Made by a program: the position numbers and the translations under genes. The notes under the pieces are model-generated. The model searched no databases. It had not been told where the DNA came from and saw only the letters and a list, made by a program, of their open reading frames with translations. A stretch of 64,000 bases of DNA from the IMG/VR virus record IMGVR_UViG_3300044612_001255, positions 1 through 64,000 of that record; one strand, given 5' to 3'. Source of the stretch: a virus. This document shows, in pieces, positions 10,682-18,872 of this stretch; within the stretch, counting starts at the first letter, position 1, and each line of letters begins with the position of its first letter.

Positions 10682-11649
10682 GGTAGATATCTTGCTGAAA
10701 TTAATTGTTCTTTTTTATATGCCTTGATAATTAAATTTTGCTGATCAATTTGATCATTAGTGTACAGAATGTAGGTGATTTCACAAGATAGATCTTCGAA
10801 ATAATATTTAATCATCACTTCATTATTTTCATTACACAAGTCAATCCAAACATCTTCTAAGTCATCGAAGCATGTAAACTTAATTATTGAAGGTTCACGA
10901 ACATATGCCATCAATTCTCCTCCAGAAAAATGATTGAGCATGTCAAGTAGATCAGTACGCTCCTTTGCAGAATAATTGCTCACGTGTACAATGAAATCAC
11001 CTGGTTGCCAGATGTTATTGTTTACACTCTTGTTGTGAAAGTTTATAAATGGATTATTGACATACCAAAATCTATTAAGAAGATGCTCCTCAACTACTTT
11101 TACACGCTTTGAAAATTGTGGCTTGTTGATGGTAACTCTTGTTTGTCTACCCTCATGATCAAATTTATTAATGTCCATGTCAGCTGGCCAATCACTTGCT
11201 TCCCAGATGTCTTCTAGGATAGCCATTCCCATCTCATCGTTCTTTACAAAAAATTGACTGGTTATTACGCAATCTGTACCCATCTCATTTAATACAGGTG
11301 TGTCAATTGCTTTTATGTTGTGAGCTGGAATAATGAATGAGTATTCATCACTGATAAAAGTTTCTAACATTTTGGAATGATCCATGATGATGCAATCTAC
11401 ATCTATGTAAAAAATCCAATCGTACAAAGGAAGTGCATCAATACAAGCAATAATTTTATTCCAGGCTGCATACCTATCCATTCTTTCAGACTCCTGCTTA
11501 TCGATGTGCAGCGTGTATCCATGTAGCTTGCAATAGTGCTCAATATTTTCAAAAACACTAACTCTCGCCATGTCTGAGTAAGCATCATTGAATGATACTA
11601 CAACACCAATATTATACTTTTTTAACAAACCAGCTTCCGAAGAACTCAT
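10669..11649 (-). CDS. GT34-like (GMA12/MNN10-type) glycosyltransferase
   Basis: YCKLHGY, AAWNKI, YDWIFYIDVDCII and WQPGDFIVH motifs. Confidence 0.75.
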   Translation of the reverse strand: MSSSEAGLLKKYNIGVVVSFNDAYSDMARVSVFENIEHYCKLHGYTLHIDKQESERMDRYAAWNKIIACIDALPLYDWIFYIDVDCIIMDHSKMLETFISDEYSFIIPAHNIKAIDTPVLNEMGTDCVITSQFFVKNDEMGMAILEDIWEASDWPADMDINKFDHEGRQTRVTINKPQFSKRVKVVEEHLLNRFWYVNNPFINFHNKSVNNNIWQPGDFIVHVSNYSAKERTDLLDMLNHFSGGELMAYVREPSIIKFTCFDDLEDVWIDLCNENNEVMIKYYFEDLSCEITYILYTNDQIDQQNLIIKAYKKEQLISARYLPCKK

Positions 11650-12226
11650 CAGTGATGTATGAATTTAGACCATTAGATTTACAAAACTCTTCTACAGCTG
11701 GATTAACTCCAAACATTCCAAAGTATCCATTCTCATTCCAGATGTGCTTGTCGATACCATTCTTGTCAAACTTAGGATCATTCCACCAGTCCATCTTTAT
11801 ATAGTCGTGTCCACACAACCATCCACCTTTCTTCACCTTGGGCCACCATAAAGCAATGTCCTGCTTGACAAATGCGTATGCGTGATTAGCATCGATGTAT
11901 GCAAAGTCTAAACTCTCGTCAGCAAAGATGTCTGCGCCTACCTCAGAGGTAGCTCTGATCATGACACCTCTATCCTCAAGACCTTGAATGTTGTTCATTG
12001 CATCTTTGAAGACACCCTGTTCAAAGTTTGCATGGTTACTGGAATCAACATATTCATCTCCCAGTGGTCGCCACACATCAAGCATGTATAGTGTACCATC
12101 CCACATCTTTAGGACTTCTATAGACAGTTCACCTTTAAAGGTTCCCACTTCAATACCCTTACCGTTAGGTATTTGACTCAACATTTCTTTAAGAAACTCA
12201 AGTCTGTTTTTTTCAACTTGTATCAT
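11612..12226 (-). CDS. Class I SAM methyltransferase (Methyltransf_24-like), probable sugar O-methyltransferase
   Basis: IEVGTFKGE, DFAYIDANHAY and KKGGWLCGHDY motifs. Confidence 0.85.
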   Translation of the reverse strand: MIQVEKNRLEFLKEMLSQIPNGKGIEVGTFKGELSIEVLKMWDGTLYMLDVWRPLGDEYVDSSNHANFEQGVFKDAMNNIQGLEDRGVMIRATSEVGADIFADESLDFAYIDANHAYAFVKQDIALWWPKVKKGGWLCGHDYIKMDWWNDPKFDKNGIDKHIWNENGYFGMFGVNPAVEEFCKSNGLNSYITDEFFGSWFVKKV

Positions 12227-13170
12227 TTTTTAAAATTTATATAACCCATTTCTGCAAATTTTGGAAAATTTAATTCATTAATTGAAAATGATTTGAATAT
12301 TGTTTGGACACCTTCAACAATCTCAACGTTAAATAAATCTCCCACATTTACTTGTTGATAATAATATCCGTTAGGTGGAATGTTTCCTCCATCGTTTCCA
12401 TTTATTTTAAAACTGATATCAGTTGGATTATCTGGAGAGTTTGAAATCCACAAGAAATATCTATCATCATCAATATCTTTGATGACTTCAGCCTTACGAT
12501 GGTTCGCTATGATGTTGATTTCACTAGTCTGTAATAATTCTTCACTTGACTGGTTAATGATTAGGCAATGATCTTCTTTGTATCTGAAGCTTGTGTAAAA
12601 AATATCTTCAAGTGTTGGATGAACATTGTATTTTCGAATATCATCAGCTTTAGATGGTAGTTGTGCATTGTTTAAAAAGAAATGTGGGTTTCCTCCAAAC
12701 ATCAAGGACTCATACCTTGCATTAGTCTCTTCATTAATTTTAAAAAGAATTATTTCCTTTTCTTCACAAGACATTTGTGAGGCAAGAGAAGTTAGTTTAT
12801 TAACATCTTCTAAAGAAATAATGTTGTCGCTCTCCATGTAATAAAAAAATCCATAACCTAGAACATCTAAAAGTCCTATTGAATTTTTCATATTTCTAGT
12901 AATTGGAACAATGTGTCCTCGTCCATTAATTTGAACAGAGAACACATCAGAATGATACCAGTAAACAGGGGTGAGGTCAATAGGGTCTAGAACATTTTCT
13001 CCATCGTAGATGTAATAGTCTACAAGTTCAACGATGTGTTGAGGGAGTGCTTTGTGGGATGTTAAAAAAATATCCCAACCAAATCTCTTGACACTTTCTA
13101 TGCAAGAGACGAGCATTTCTTCTGTAGTTTTATCAGTGGGAAATGTCCCTATGATAATTGCCTTCTTCAT
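12223..13170 (-). CDS. Hypothetical protein of the glycosylation cassette, possibly a GT-A fold
   Basis: First gene of the 4-gene overlapping cassette. FYYMESDNII is a DxD-like motif. Confidence 0.5.
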   Translation of the reverse strand: MKKAIIIGTFPTDKTTEEMLVSCIESVKRFGWDIFLTSHKALPQHIVELVDYYIYDGENVLDPIDLTPVYWYHSDVFSVQINGRGHIVPITRNMKNSIGLLDVLGYGFFYYMESDNIISLEDVNKLTSLASQMSCEEKEIILFKINEETNARYESLMFGGNPHFFLNNAQLPSKADDIRKYNVHPTLEDIFYTSFRYKEDHCLIINQSSEELLQTSEINIIANHRKAEVIKDIDDDRYFLWISNSPDNPTDISFKINGNDGGNIPPNGYYYQQVNVGDLFNVEIVEGVQTIFKSFSINELNFPKFAEMGYINFKK

Positions 13171-13188
13171 GAATTAAAGATACAAAAT

Positions 13189-13220
13189 TTTGGTAGTTAT
13201 CGATACATGTCCTAAATTTA
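13189..13220 (+). promoter_or_regulatory. Bacteroidota sigma-A-like promoter for the lysis operon
   Basis: TTTG (13189-92), 20-nt spacer, TAAATTTA (13213-20), one mismatch to TAnnTTTG. Confidence 0.5.
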
Positions 13221-13321
13221 CTACTATTCGCCAGAATTGAATAAAACTGTCCAAAAAACTCCATAGCACACCTCAAAAGGGGTGTGCTTTGTTGTTTCAA
13301 TCAATTGTAAATGAATCTAGT

Positions 13322-13645
13322 ATGTCAACTGACTTGTATCAGCAACAAATTAACAACGAATTAAAGAGTATGGATCAGCGTCTCTATGACCTAGAGGAGA
13401 AGATGTCTTCTATTGATGGGAAACTTACACAAGTGGTGGATGCAATTCTAGGCAATCCCCTAACAAAGTCTGGTGGATTTGTAGATAAAATAGAAATACT
13501 AGAAGAGAAGATTGCTCTAATGGAGAAAAAAATAGAAAAGCAAGAAGAATTTAGAAGAAGAATTACATGGACAATTGGAATAGTGGTAGCTATAGCAGCA
13601 TTGCTACAATATCTATCTGGCTTATTGTCCAACATCAATCAATAA
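13322..13645 (+). CDS. Coiled-coil protein with C-terminal TM (XhlA-like holin or antiholin candidate)
   Basis: Heptad coiled coil and a single TM (ITWTIGIVVAIAALL). First gene of the lysis operon. ATG at 13322 preferred over the TTG at 13289. Confidence 0.6.
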   Translation: MSTDLYQQQINNELKSMDQRLYDLEEKMSSIDGKLTQVVDAILGNPLTKSGGFVDKIEILEEKIALMEKKIEKQEEFRRRITWTIGIVVAIAALLQYLSGLLSNINQ

Positions 13646-13646
13646 A

Positions 13647-14399
13647 ATGAAAAACTTATCAAAAGAAGAACTGCTAAGTAGGATGGAGGCAATTAATCGT
13701 AGTAATGCGATTATTTACTTTGACCTAAATGGCTTTATTCTTGGAATGAATTCGATATTCTTGAAGGCAATGGGATTTCAAGAAAAGGAACATGATAAGT
13801 TAATAGGCAAGCATCACAGCATTTTTGTGTCCTACGAGTACTCAAAGTCTGATGACTACAAAAAGTTTTGGGAGACCTTAGCAAGTGGTCAATTTTATGA
13901 GGGTGAATTTGAAAGGAAAAAAGTAGATGGTAGCCCAATTTATTTGCAAGCAACCTATAACCCAATCTTTGACGATAACGGTATAATTACAAAAGTAATG
14001 AAGATAGCAACGGACATTACTGAAACCATTATCAGCAAGAATAAAATTAATGAGCTATCAAGGACGTTGCAGGTTGAGTTAGATAACACTAACAAGTTGA
14101 AACTAGCTATTGAAATTGAAAAGGACGCAGCCGTTAATGACTTAGATGCTACAATTAAGAAAAGCCAAAACGAGTTAATCAAAGTAATCGTAAAGTCTGC
14201 TTTATTTGTAATTATGAGTGTAGGCTTTATTACAACCATAATGTACTCCTTTGCTATTCTATCAAATAAAGACACACAGATTATTGGTTCAACATGGAGC
14301 AACATGTTCTCAGTGTTGTTGACCAATGCCTTTTCTATAGTAGGCACAATTATGGGAATTAAATATGCAACATCAGAAGATAAAAAATCAAAGGAATGA
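13647..14399 (+). CDS. PAS-domain membrane protein (chemoreceptor-type PAS + coiled coil + 2 TM)
   Basis: AINRSNAIIYFDLNG, GKHHSIF, FWETL, GEFER, QATYNPI and KIATDIT give a complete PAS/PAC domain as in PAS-containing MCPs. Two C-terminal hydrophobic helices. Confidence 0.85.
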   Translation: MKNLSKEELLSRMEAINRSNAIIYFDLNGFILGMNSIFLKAMGFQEKEHDKLIGKHHSIFVSYEYSKSDDYKKFWETLASGQFYEGEFERKKVDGSPIYLQATYNPIFDDNGIITKVMKIATDITETIISKNKINELSRTLQVELDNTNKLKLAIEIEKDAAVNDLDATIKKSQNELIKVIVKSALFVIMSVGFITTIMYSFAILSNKDTQIIGSTWSNMFSVLLTNAFSIVGTIMGIKYATSEDKKSKE

Positions 14400-14860
14400 A
14401 AATTAGCCCACATCTAAGCATTGCAGAAATTACTAGAAGTGATTCTGCAAAACGTCACGGAATTGACAACACTCCAACTGCTGAGCATTTGGAAAACTTT
14501 AAACTATTAGCTGAGAAAGTATTCGAACCTATTCGTGCACACTTTGGAGTTCCTATTTTTATCTCGAGCGGGTACAGAAGCAAGGCCCTCAATGATTTCA
14601 TTAAAGGTAGTTTGTCCAGTCAACATTGTAAGGGCGAAGCGATTGACATCGATATGGATGGCAGTAATGGAGAAGTAACTAATAGAATGGTATTTGACTT
14701 CATAAAAAATAAGTTGGATTTCGACCAGCTTATCTGGGAGTTTGGAACTGACTTTAATCCTGACTGGGTTCATGTCAGCTACACCAAGACTGGAAATAGG
14801 AAACAAAAGTTAAAAGCTGTTAGAGTGAATGGTAAAACATCTTATCAAGTATTCAAATGA
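14396..14860 (+). CDS. Endolysin, peptidase M15A (Zn D-Ala-D-Ala carboxypeptidase-like)
   Basis: ISSGYRS, SQHCKGEAIDID, FDQLIWE and WVHVSY motifs. Confidence 0.9.
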   Translation: MKISPHLSIAEITRSDSAKRHGIDNTPTAEHLENFKLLAEKVFEPIRAHFGVPIFISSGYRSKALNDFIKGSLSSQHCKGEAIDIDMDGSNGEVTNRMVFDFIKNKLDFDQLIWEFGTDFNPDWVHVSYTKTGNRKQKLKAVRVNGKTSYQVFK

Positions 14861-15108
14861 AACAATTCATAAAAGATTTATTTAACGATCAGAACAGCAT
14901 CAATGAAAAGTCCTTAGTGGGATTCATTGCTTTTGTAATGATGATTGCTACACTAATTACAGATGTTGTAACAGGTGTAATGGGAAAAGAAATGCCTATA
15001 CATGAATTCATATTTGATGGGTTTATGGTGATTGTGCTAGGATCATTTGGCATAGCTTCTGTAGATAAATGGATTAATAAGACAAAAAATAATAGTGTTG
15101 ATGAATAA
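14857..15108 (+). CDS. Small two-TM holin candidate
   Basis: 83 aa with two hydrophobic helices. ATGA overlap with the endolysin. Confidence 0.65.
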   Translation: MKQFIKDLFNDQNSINEKSLVGFIAFVMMIATLITDVVTGVMGKEMPIHEFIFDGFMVIVLGSFGIASVDKWINKTKNNSVDE

Positions 15109-15152
15109 TGAATAATTATTTATAAATTCACACTATTGAAAATGAATGAGTT

Positions 15153-15281
15153 ATGGCTAAAGCAAAAGTTACAGCTGAATCAAGAAAGATCTCCTTTGGA
15201 AAAAGAAGAATTGGAAAGGCTAGAAACATGAACACCCCAAAGGGTAAGAAGGTCAGTAAGTATAGAGGACAAGGAAGATAA
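15153..15281 (+). CDS. 42-aa basic peptide ending KYRGQGR (absent from the ORF track)
   Basis: Read manually: MAKAKVTAESRKISFGKRRIGKARNMNTPKGKKVSKYRGQGR*. Abuts the next ATG at 15284. Confidence 0.65.
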   Translation: MAKAKVTAESRKISFGKRRIGKARNMNTPKGKKVSKYRGQGR

Positions 15282-15283
15282 TC

Positions 15284-15934
15284 ATGGGCATATTCAACAA
15301 GCAGATAGGCTGGAGCCAAGAATCTAATCTTCTCTGGGAGATTGCTAATCAATTGAATAAATTGATTGGTGTCACCAGTAAGGTTAGTGGACCTCCAGGA
15401 CCACAAGGACCTCCAGGTCCATCAGATGGTTTGTTTGCTCAAACAGCGAATAGCACTCCTGTAACTGCCACCACTGTTGAAACATCTTTAGTTAATGGTG
15501 GTGTAGGATCAATGAGTGTTCCAGCCAATGGATTTGCTGTTGGTGATAGCTTTAACGCTGCTTTGAGTGGTGTGATGGATGCTGCTAATAATCAAACTAT
15601 ACGAATTAGAGTGAAAGCTGGATCTGTTGTTCTTCTTGATAGTGGTATTCAATCATTATCAAATGCTATCATAGACGACATTTGGACATTAAATATTGAC
15701 TTTACTATTAGACAAATTGGTGCTGCTGGTGTAGCGTCAATTGCTTCGTTTGGCAGATTCACCTATGCTAAAACAAATAATGCTAGTCTAGAAGGTTTTG
15801 GAATCAACACTGTCAACTCCACCACCTTTGACACTACAGTTAGTAACATGTTAGATATCACTGTTCAATGGGGAAGTAACAATGCTGGAAACAGTATATA
15901 TACAGATGTTTTTGTACTAAATAAAATTTATTAA
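15284..15934 (+). CDS. Virion decoration/fibre protein with short GPP collagen segment and beta-sandwich head
   Basis: N-terminal anchor MGIFNKQIGWSQESNLLW, then GPPGPQGPPGP, then a beta-rich domain. Confidence 0.65.
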   Translation: MGIFNKQIGWSQESNLLWEIANQLNKLIGVTSKVSGPPGPQGPPGPSDGLFAQTANSTPVTATTVETSLVNGGVGSMSVPANGFAVGDSFNAALSGVMDAANNQTIRIRVKAGSVVLLDSGIQSLSNAIIDDIWTLNIDFTIRQIGAAGVASIASFGRFTYAKTNNASLEGFGINTVNSTTFDTTVSNMLDITVQWGSNNAGNSIYTDVFVLNKIY

Positions 15935-15936
15935 TA

Positions 15937-16095
15937 ATGGGCATACCTAACAAACAAATAGGATGGAGTCAGGAGAGTAATCTTCTTTGGCAAATATCAA
16001 ATCAGCTTGATCAGTTGATTAAGGTGACTGCTAGTTTAACAACTACTACCACCACAACTGCTTCTCCAACTACGACAACAACTACCACTGTATAA
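15937..16095 (+). CDS. 52-aa paralog of the 15284 N-terminus with a poly-Thr tail (absent from the ORF track)
   Basis: Read manually: [52 protein letters not shown]. Confidence 0.85.
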   Translation: MGIPNKQIGWSQESNLLWQISNQLDQLIKVTASLTTTTTTTASPTTTTTTTV

Positions 16096-16119
16096 AAGAG
16101 AAACCAATAACAACTACAT

Positions 16120-17136
16120 ATGAAGGATCTTAGATTTATCTGCGTTCAGCCAGATGACACTTATTTTACATGGCAAGTGCATCTATGGTTGGAAAGTCTC
16201 AAAGAAATAGGACACTCTGATAAAGCAATTGTTCTTCTTTACATTCCAACAGGAAGAGTGAAGAACACAAAATGGGAACAAATCATCAATTTGTATCCAG
16301 AAGCAGAGTTTCATTTCTATCAAGACGAGGGTGATTTAGATAAGTATTTACCTATATACATCCCAATACTCAGACCTTGGACATTATGGAAACACTTCAA
16401 GGAAAATCCAGATCTTAGTAACAAAGCAATATTCTACTGCGATTCTGATGTGCTATTCACAAAGAATTTCAATGTAGATGATTATACACAGGATGATGTA
16501 TGTTATTTGTCAGATACAAACAGTTACATCAACGCTACATATTTTGAAAGTAAACAAAATGACGTTCTTCCAAATAAGTTGGAAGAGTATAAAACTAGAG
16601 ATATTCTTGGAGAAGTGATGAGCTTAGTTGGTGTTGATAAGGATGTAGCTTATGACAACAATGAACACTCAGGAGGAGCACAATACTTCCTTAAAGATGT
16701 TGATGCTACATTCTGGAACAAGGTGATGAATGATTCTTTATTGATAAGAACTTATTTACAGAAAGTAAATAGAGAGTTCTTTGAAAATGAAAATAAGGGA
16801 TATCAAAGCTGGTGTGCAGATATGTGGGGTGTACTTTGGAATCTCTGGTTTAGAGGACAAGAAACAAAAGTGATTAAAGAAATGAATTTCTCTTGGGCAA
16901 CTGATCCAATTGAAAGACTAGAAGAAAATACGCTGTTTCACAATGCAGGAATTGTATCTCCACATAACGGAACATACCATTGCTTCTACAAAGGAAAGTA
17001 TCACAATGGTGGAGATCCTACACAAGATCCACATCTAGATGCAATTCTTAATGATGAAACATCTCAAAAATATTGCACATGGTTCTATGCAAATAAAATT
17101 AAAGAACTAAAAAATAAATATAACCTAACCTATTAA
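16120..17136 (+). CDS. Putative peptide O-glycosyltransferase (GT-A; resembles HPAT/SGT1, GT95/GT96)
   Basis: Motifs YFTWQV, YIPILRPWTL, FYCDSDVLF (DxD), GGAQY, WCADMW and FHNAG, in the order recalled for HPAT/SGT1. Confidence 0.6.
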   Translation: MKDLRFICVQPDDTYFTWQVHLWLESLKEIGHSDKAIVLLYIPTGRVKNTKWEQIINLYPEAEFHFYQDEGDLDKYLPIYIPILRPWTLWKHFKENPDLSNKAIFYCDSDVLFTKNFNVDDYTQDDVCYLSDTNSYINATYFESKQNDVLPNKLEEYKTRDILGEVMSLVGVDKDVAYDNNEHSGGAQYFLKDVDATFWNKVMNDSLLIRTYLQKVNREFFENENKGYQSWCADMWGVLWNLWFRGQETKVIKEMNFSWATDPIERLEENTLFHNAGIVSPHNGTYHCFYKGKYHNGGDPTQDPHLDAILNDETSQKYCTWFYANKIKELKNKYNLTY

Positions 17137-17149
17137 CCGTAAAACAATT

Positions 17150-17389
17150 ATGGGAGCTTACAACAGAAAAGATTTGAAAGCGTATGTACGCTACGATGGT
17201 AGCGGACGTGTAGTAGCAGGTAGCTTGATCCTAAGAAGACAGAAGCCTAAAGTTGGTAATTGGGTAGAAGTTCCAGCATACGAATGCTGTGCGCCTACAA
17301 CAACCACTACTACAAGTACAAGTAGCACAACTACCACCACTACAACGGTAGCACCTACTACTACAACCACCACCACTTCACCTACCTAA
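17150..17389 (+). CDS. Small virion-type protein with long poly-Thr/Ser tail
   Basis: About 48-aa basic beta domain ending ECC, followed by [31 protein letters not shown]. Confidence 0.8.
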   Translation: MGAYNRKDLKAYVRYDGSGRVVAGSLILRRQKPKVGNWVEVPAYECCAPTTTTTTSTSSTTTTTTTVAPTTTTTTTSPT

Positions 17390-17391
17390 TA

Positions 17392-17808
17392 ATGGCAAAG
17401 TCATTATTTCCAGAGGAAATGATTAACAAAAGCAATGGACCAGGGACTATGAGTCTCGAATCCATTGCTTCTAAGTTAACTTACTTTCAGGAGCAATTAC
17501 ATTTATTACATTGGCAAACTTCTAGCTATGCTGAACACAAAGCTACAGGTAAACTATATGAGTATCTACAGGACTTCAGAGATGATGTTGTAGAGAAAAT
17601 AATGGGATACACTGCAAGAAAACCAATGTCATTAAAGATTGATCCAATAGGACCAGCAGAGGTAGCAATGGTGGTTAGTGAATTAATGTCTTTTGCTTCT
17701 TCCCTAAAAGTTTATGGGGAATCAAACAGTTATCATGACATCGCAAATCTTGCAGATGCATTATCTGGAGAAGCAGCTAAAACTAAATATTTACTAACTT
17801 TGTCTTAA
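17392..17808 (+). CDS. Ferritin/Dps-like four-helix protein (DUF5856-like)
   Basis: HLLHWQTSSYAEHKA...DDVVEKIMG...KYLLTL pattern. Confidence 0.75.
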   Translation: MAKSLFPEEMINKSNGPGTMSLESIASKLTYFQEQLHLLHWQTSSYAEHKATGKLYEYLQDFRDDVVEKIMGYTARKPMSLKIDPIGPAEVAMVVSELMSFASSLKVYGESNSYHDIANLADALSGEAAKTKYLLTLS

Positions 17809-18089
17809 TGGAGATAGTAAGGAAGTTCTTTCCAGAGATCATGCAGGATAACGACATGGTCTACTTTGCAAGACTAGAGGGTATGATCGACTCAATCGAT
17901 GAGCTCTCTGCATTGCAGATAACAAAGAGCACTCATTCCTATCAATTTAGACTTGCCCCTAGTCACCCCAAGTATATAGAAATGTTGCTTGAGGAGATAT
18001 TAAAGTTTCACAACATCTATAACATTAGATTGAATCTTTCAAAAAGTATCAAGACAACGGGCTCAATATCATTTGAAATCATTTTATAA
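17808..18089 (+). CDS. Hypothetical protein
   Basis: 93 aa, TAATG coupling to the upstream gene. Confidence 0.6.
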   Translation: MEIVRKFFPEIMQDNDMVYFARLEGMIDSIDELSALQITKSTHSYQFRLAPSHPKYIEMLLEEILKFHNIYNIRLNLSKSIKTTGSISFEIIL

Positions 18090-18102
18090 ACCAATAATAA
18101 TT

Positions 18103-18354
18103 ATGTCTTACGATCCAACACAAAAGTACGTCTGGTCTCCAGATGAGAAAATTGAACTAACTGGTCAGGAATTTGCAATAGTGGTTAATGCTGTAAGAAG
18201 CATTCTTAACCTTCCAGAAGCTCCAGCAATCATTTTAGCTGACAAGGCTAATACAGCTCTTGACAGTATTATGGCTAAGAGTGTTGAAGAGGGAAAAATC
18301 AAACCTGCCCCTACACAATTAACTATTCACAAAGATGAAGAAGGAAATGATTAA
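18103..18354 (+). CDS. Hypothetical protein
   Basis: Likely start MSYDPT after an A-rich leader. Confidence 0.6.
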   Translation: MSYDPTQKYVWSPDEKIELTGQEFAIVVNAVRSILNLPEAPAIILADKANTALDSIMAKSVEEGKIKPAPTQLTIHKDEEGND

Positions 18355-18493
18355 AAGAGCTGATGGCTCAGTTTCACAAAGAGGTTTGTGGGACAATATT
18401 AGAGCAAACAAAGGCAGTGGGAAAAAACCCACTGCTGCTATGCTCAAGCAAGAAAAAAAGATTAAGGCACAATCTAAAAGTAAAAAGAAATGA
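18347..18493 (+). CDS. 48-aa basic protein (absent from the ORF track)
   Basis: Read manually: MIKRADGSVSQRGLWDNIRANKGSGKKPTAAMLKQEKKIKAQSKSKKK*. ATGA overlap with the next gene. Confidence 0.7.
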   Translation: MIKRADGSVSQRGLWDNIRANKGSGKKPTAAMLKQEKKIKAQSKSKKK

Positions 18494-18867
18494 AAAAGAA
18501 AATGCAAGCTGGTGGAGTTGTTAAATCTCAACCAAAACGTGTAGGACCTGTTGATCCTGATGGTGCTTGGACTAAAGTGCAAGAAAGAAACTTGCCTCCA
18601 GTTAACGCAAAAACTAAGGTGAGTCTTGCTCCAGATAAAGAACTTGGTGCTACCAAGATGATGAAAAAGGGTGGTGAGGTAGAAAAAGCTAAAGGTGGTA
18701 AGTGGATTCAAAAGGCTATCAAAAAGCCAGGAGCTCTACGTGCACAACTTGGTGCTAAGAAGGGTGAACCAATTCCTGCTGGTAAACTTGCAGCTGCTGC
18801 AAAGAAGCCTGGGAAACTTGGTCAAAGAGCTCGTCTTGCTCAGACACTAAAGAAAATGAAGAAATAA
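18490..18867 (+). CDS. Lys-rich putative internal virion protein
   Basis: MQAGG/MKKGG/AKGG motifs and a basic KWIQKAIKKPGAL domain. Confidence 0.65.
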   Translation: MKKKMQAGGVVKSQPKRVGPVDPDGAWTKVQERNLPPVNAKTKVSLAPDKELGATKMMKKGGEVEKAKGGKWIQKAIKKPGALRAQLGAKKGEPIPAGKLAAAAKKPGKLGQRARLAQTLKKMKK

Positions 18868-18872
18868 TAGCC

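Noticed and set aside
13955-14413. Antisense 152-aa hydrophobic ORF over the PAS gene
   Set aside because: Antisense shadow with no supporting signal. The + strand frame carries the recognisable domain.
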